DNA of 64,000 bases from NCBI GenBank assembly GCA_023920165.1, contig CP089278.1, positions 1,860,001 to 1,924,000 of the forward strand. The letters run 5' to 3'. Under the pieces are notes generated by a model. The model searched no databases. It was not told where the DNA came from and saw only the letters and a list, made by a program, of their open reading frames with translations. This document shows, one piece after another, positions 61,601-64,000 of this stretch (the first letter of the stretch is position 1; each line of letters opens with the position of its first letter). The position numbers were made by a program, and so were the translations under genes. This DNA is from Curvularia clavata (taxonomy: Eukaryota).

Positions 61601-63136
61601 CTGGAGAGTCGCGATGGTCAGAGGGGGTAGTCGCCTGTTCGTCAGCATCTTGAGTAGCCTGATGGTGCTCATTATCATTAATCATGATTCGCAGCACATT
61701 GAGCGCGTCCTGGCCCTTGTTGAAAAACGAGAAGAAATACTACTCGAGTTAGAAGATCTCGGTGAAATATCACACAAAAACATACCTCATCTATAGCAAA
61801 TGTCTCGTCATTGTCAATCACGCGAACTTTGACAGTATTTGCCAGGTCTAGTATGGAGCTTTCTTCAATCTCGAGGACATTTTGGATCGGAAGCGAAATT
61901 TTCACACTGTTTCCGTCGTTGTGCGTTCGGAAAATGACTTTTTGAATCGATCTGGTCCATTCTTTCGCGCTCGCTGCGCTGTCAGCTTTAAAGATGTATT
62001 TTCTTTCGTCGGTCGTGATTGAGAAACTAGTCTCCTCCTCCCCTTTCTTAGTACTTTCAAGGACCTCGGCAGTCAGGGCGTATTGGAGGTTGATACGATT
62101 TCTCGGAAAGTAAAGTTCGGCTGGGTTGGTGTAGTATGCAAGTACATCGCCGCGCAAGACGAACCAGTATCTGTTGAGCTTCGACCGGCCACGCTTGAAA
62201 AGGTAACCTGTTTTGCTGACATCGTGCTGCTCAAAATCAGTATATTATTGAAATGTTGCAGCGGCAGTTGCGTACATGTTTCTTGGGCAGATATGCATAG
62301 AAGCAGATGTGCTTCTGGGTGATGTACATGTAACCTTGCAGGAGGATGCTCTGGAGAAGCCAGCATGGATACTCGGAGATGACTTCCTCAACCTCCTCAA
62401 ATTCGAATATTTGCTGAATCCTTTTGGCAAGTGTCACGGGTTCTTGGCTCTTGTCCAAACCGGCCGCGCCTTCATTCCTGCTCTTTCGCCCAGTGCTGAA
62501 CCCTTGTCTATCATTTGTCTCCTCATTTGCTGTGCCCTTGTCCTTTTGTTTGTCCTTGGCTTTTGGTGGCACTTTGTCGAGTGCTGTTGGTGATAGACTC
62601 GGCGACGGTTTGGGCGGTAGAAACTGGGATGAAGACATTTGCTGGGCTCGTTGACCGTCTGAGCGTGCTTCTTTCCGACTCGAGACTTTCAACTTGGGGA
62701 GTGAGCGCAACAACTTGTTTTCGGACAGCGTGCGCCTGTGCTTGCCTTTACCCACGGTTCTCTCGTGGGGTTCTTCTGGCGCGGTCTGGAAATCATTCGC
62801 GGAGCTCAGGCGGCTCAACCTTGCGGCTCCATCCAGTCCCTGATATGAGGCCTTCCGCTTAGCTTCGTCTTCGCTGTCGCCAGAGTCGGCCTCGTGCATC
62901 GCGCCCAAATCTGTTTGTGAATGCTGTCCCGCGCGAGCTATCATGGAGAACAAGGACTGGTTCATCGACATGGCGTTGTTCCGCTTTGGCGCTGTAACGT
63001 CTTCCTGAGCGTCATCCCCATCTTTGAAGCGCTCCGGCACGTCGAGCGACATGCCGCGTGACTCTCTTCGCGAGTCTCTTCGTCTCCTGCTCAATCTCCG
63101 AGTCATCCTGTCTCTGTCTCTGTCCTGGGACGCCAT
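58618..63136 (-). CDS. ATG26: Sterol 3-beta-glucosyltransferase Atg26/Ugt51 (GRAM-PH-GRAM-GT), 4 exons
   Basis: Exons 63136-62276, 62226-61786, 61739-58971 and 58917-58618. GRAM motif [19 protein letters not shown], a PH domain, [27 protein letters not shown] and PFFGDQ. Confidence 0.95.
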
Positions 63137-64000
63137 GTTGGGACGGTAGGGTGTGTGCTTGCGCTCAATAGCTGTGGGCGGTCGACGGCGGCGTTGGTGG
63201 GCTTCTAGGCAGTAGTACCAGGACGGGCCGAAGCAGGCAAGTTGGGATGCAAGGCGTGGCGTGTATTATGATTACTGTGAGGAACGCTGGTTGCTGCAAT
63301 GCAGTTGGGTGCTTCGTTAGACGTCACATATTGGAAAAGGTTGCAGGAATGACTTGTACGGACTCGGTGAGCCATGCACGCTCATCAGCCACGAGACTCC
63401 CGCAGGGTGCCTGCTAGCGTGACTTGATAAGAGTACGCAGACACACTCCCAGGCACCAACAGCAGGCCCCTCCTTGTTGCAGTCTGATTTGCAGGATGCG
63501 TGAAACTTGCATTTCCCCTCCTACACACTCGTCGTTATCAACCCACATGCTGTGGTGGATGTGCTAGGTTGCCAGCCTCCACGTCCCGTCATGGGCCAGC
63601 CTGCAGACGTCATTGGTCCGTACTTATCGATAGGCACACGCCGCATCCAGCCGTATCTCACTAGAGTAGCCGCGGGCACCGGTCAAGTAGGGAACTGTCT
63701 AGCGTCTGCTCAATCACGTCGACGCGTCGACAGCCAAGGACTCGACCCCGACCGACACTGCCCGTCAATCAAACCAGAAATCACGCCATCAGACACACTG
63801 TCGCTTGAGCCATGTCATTCGCTATTGGTACACCGACCTATTTGCTACTTGTATATCCAACCAGAGATACCCAAACCATTTATACCAGAGTACAATTTCA
63901 GCCAAACTCCATCACTTGATCAACATTGCTTCTCATTGCATTTCGTTTGTTTGCTACCTGCTATTTCCAGAGCTAGGGGAGCTTACTTGGACCTGGCAAG

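Overview
Gene-dense, intron-containing genomic DNA of a filamentous ascomycete, most likely a Dothideomycete (Pleosporales); this assignment is inferred from the MAPK N-terminus and the general gene style. All gene models were spliced by hand, and no database search was run. The left ~14 kb is an accessory-looking locus. It carries a DsbA/FrnE-like thioredoxin, a DHA1-type MFS transporter, a Dit2/CYP56-like P450 divergently paired with a Dit1-type isocyanide synthase, a predicted secreted DJ-1/PfpI (isocyanide hydratase-like) enzyme with a GC-AG intron, a Ctr copper importer, and a 26-aa copper metallothionein absent from the ORF track. The DJ-1 and Ctr upstream regions share two near-identical 14-bp motifs, one of which resembles a Mac1 copper-response element. 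The best candidate for a new system is therefore an isocyanide biosynthesis cluster physically joined to a copper uptake/buffering module. A dispersed, divergent 5S rRNA gene follows. The remainder is mostly housekeeping genes: a TFIIIC subunit, DBP3, Fus3/Pmk1 MAPK, ERV1, a PQ-loop protein, two Zn2Cys6 factors, LCP5, CUL3, ZIM17, a Prp2-like DEAH helicase, RAD54, MRPL19, an F-box-like protein, FCP1 and ATG26. Several small spliced genes are missed by the ORF track. No transposon, tRNA or CRISPR was recognised.
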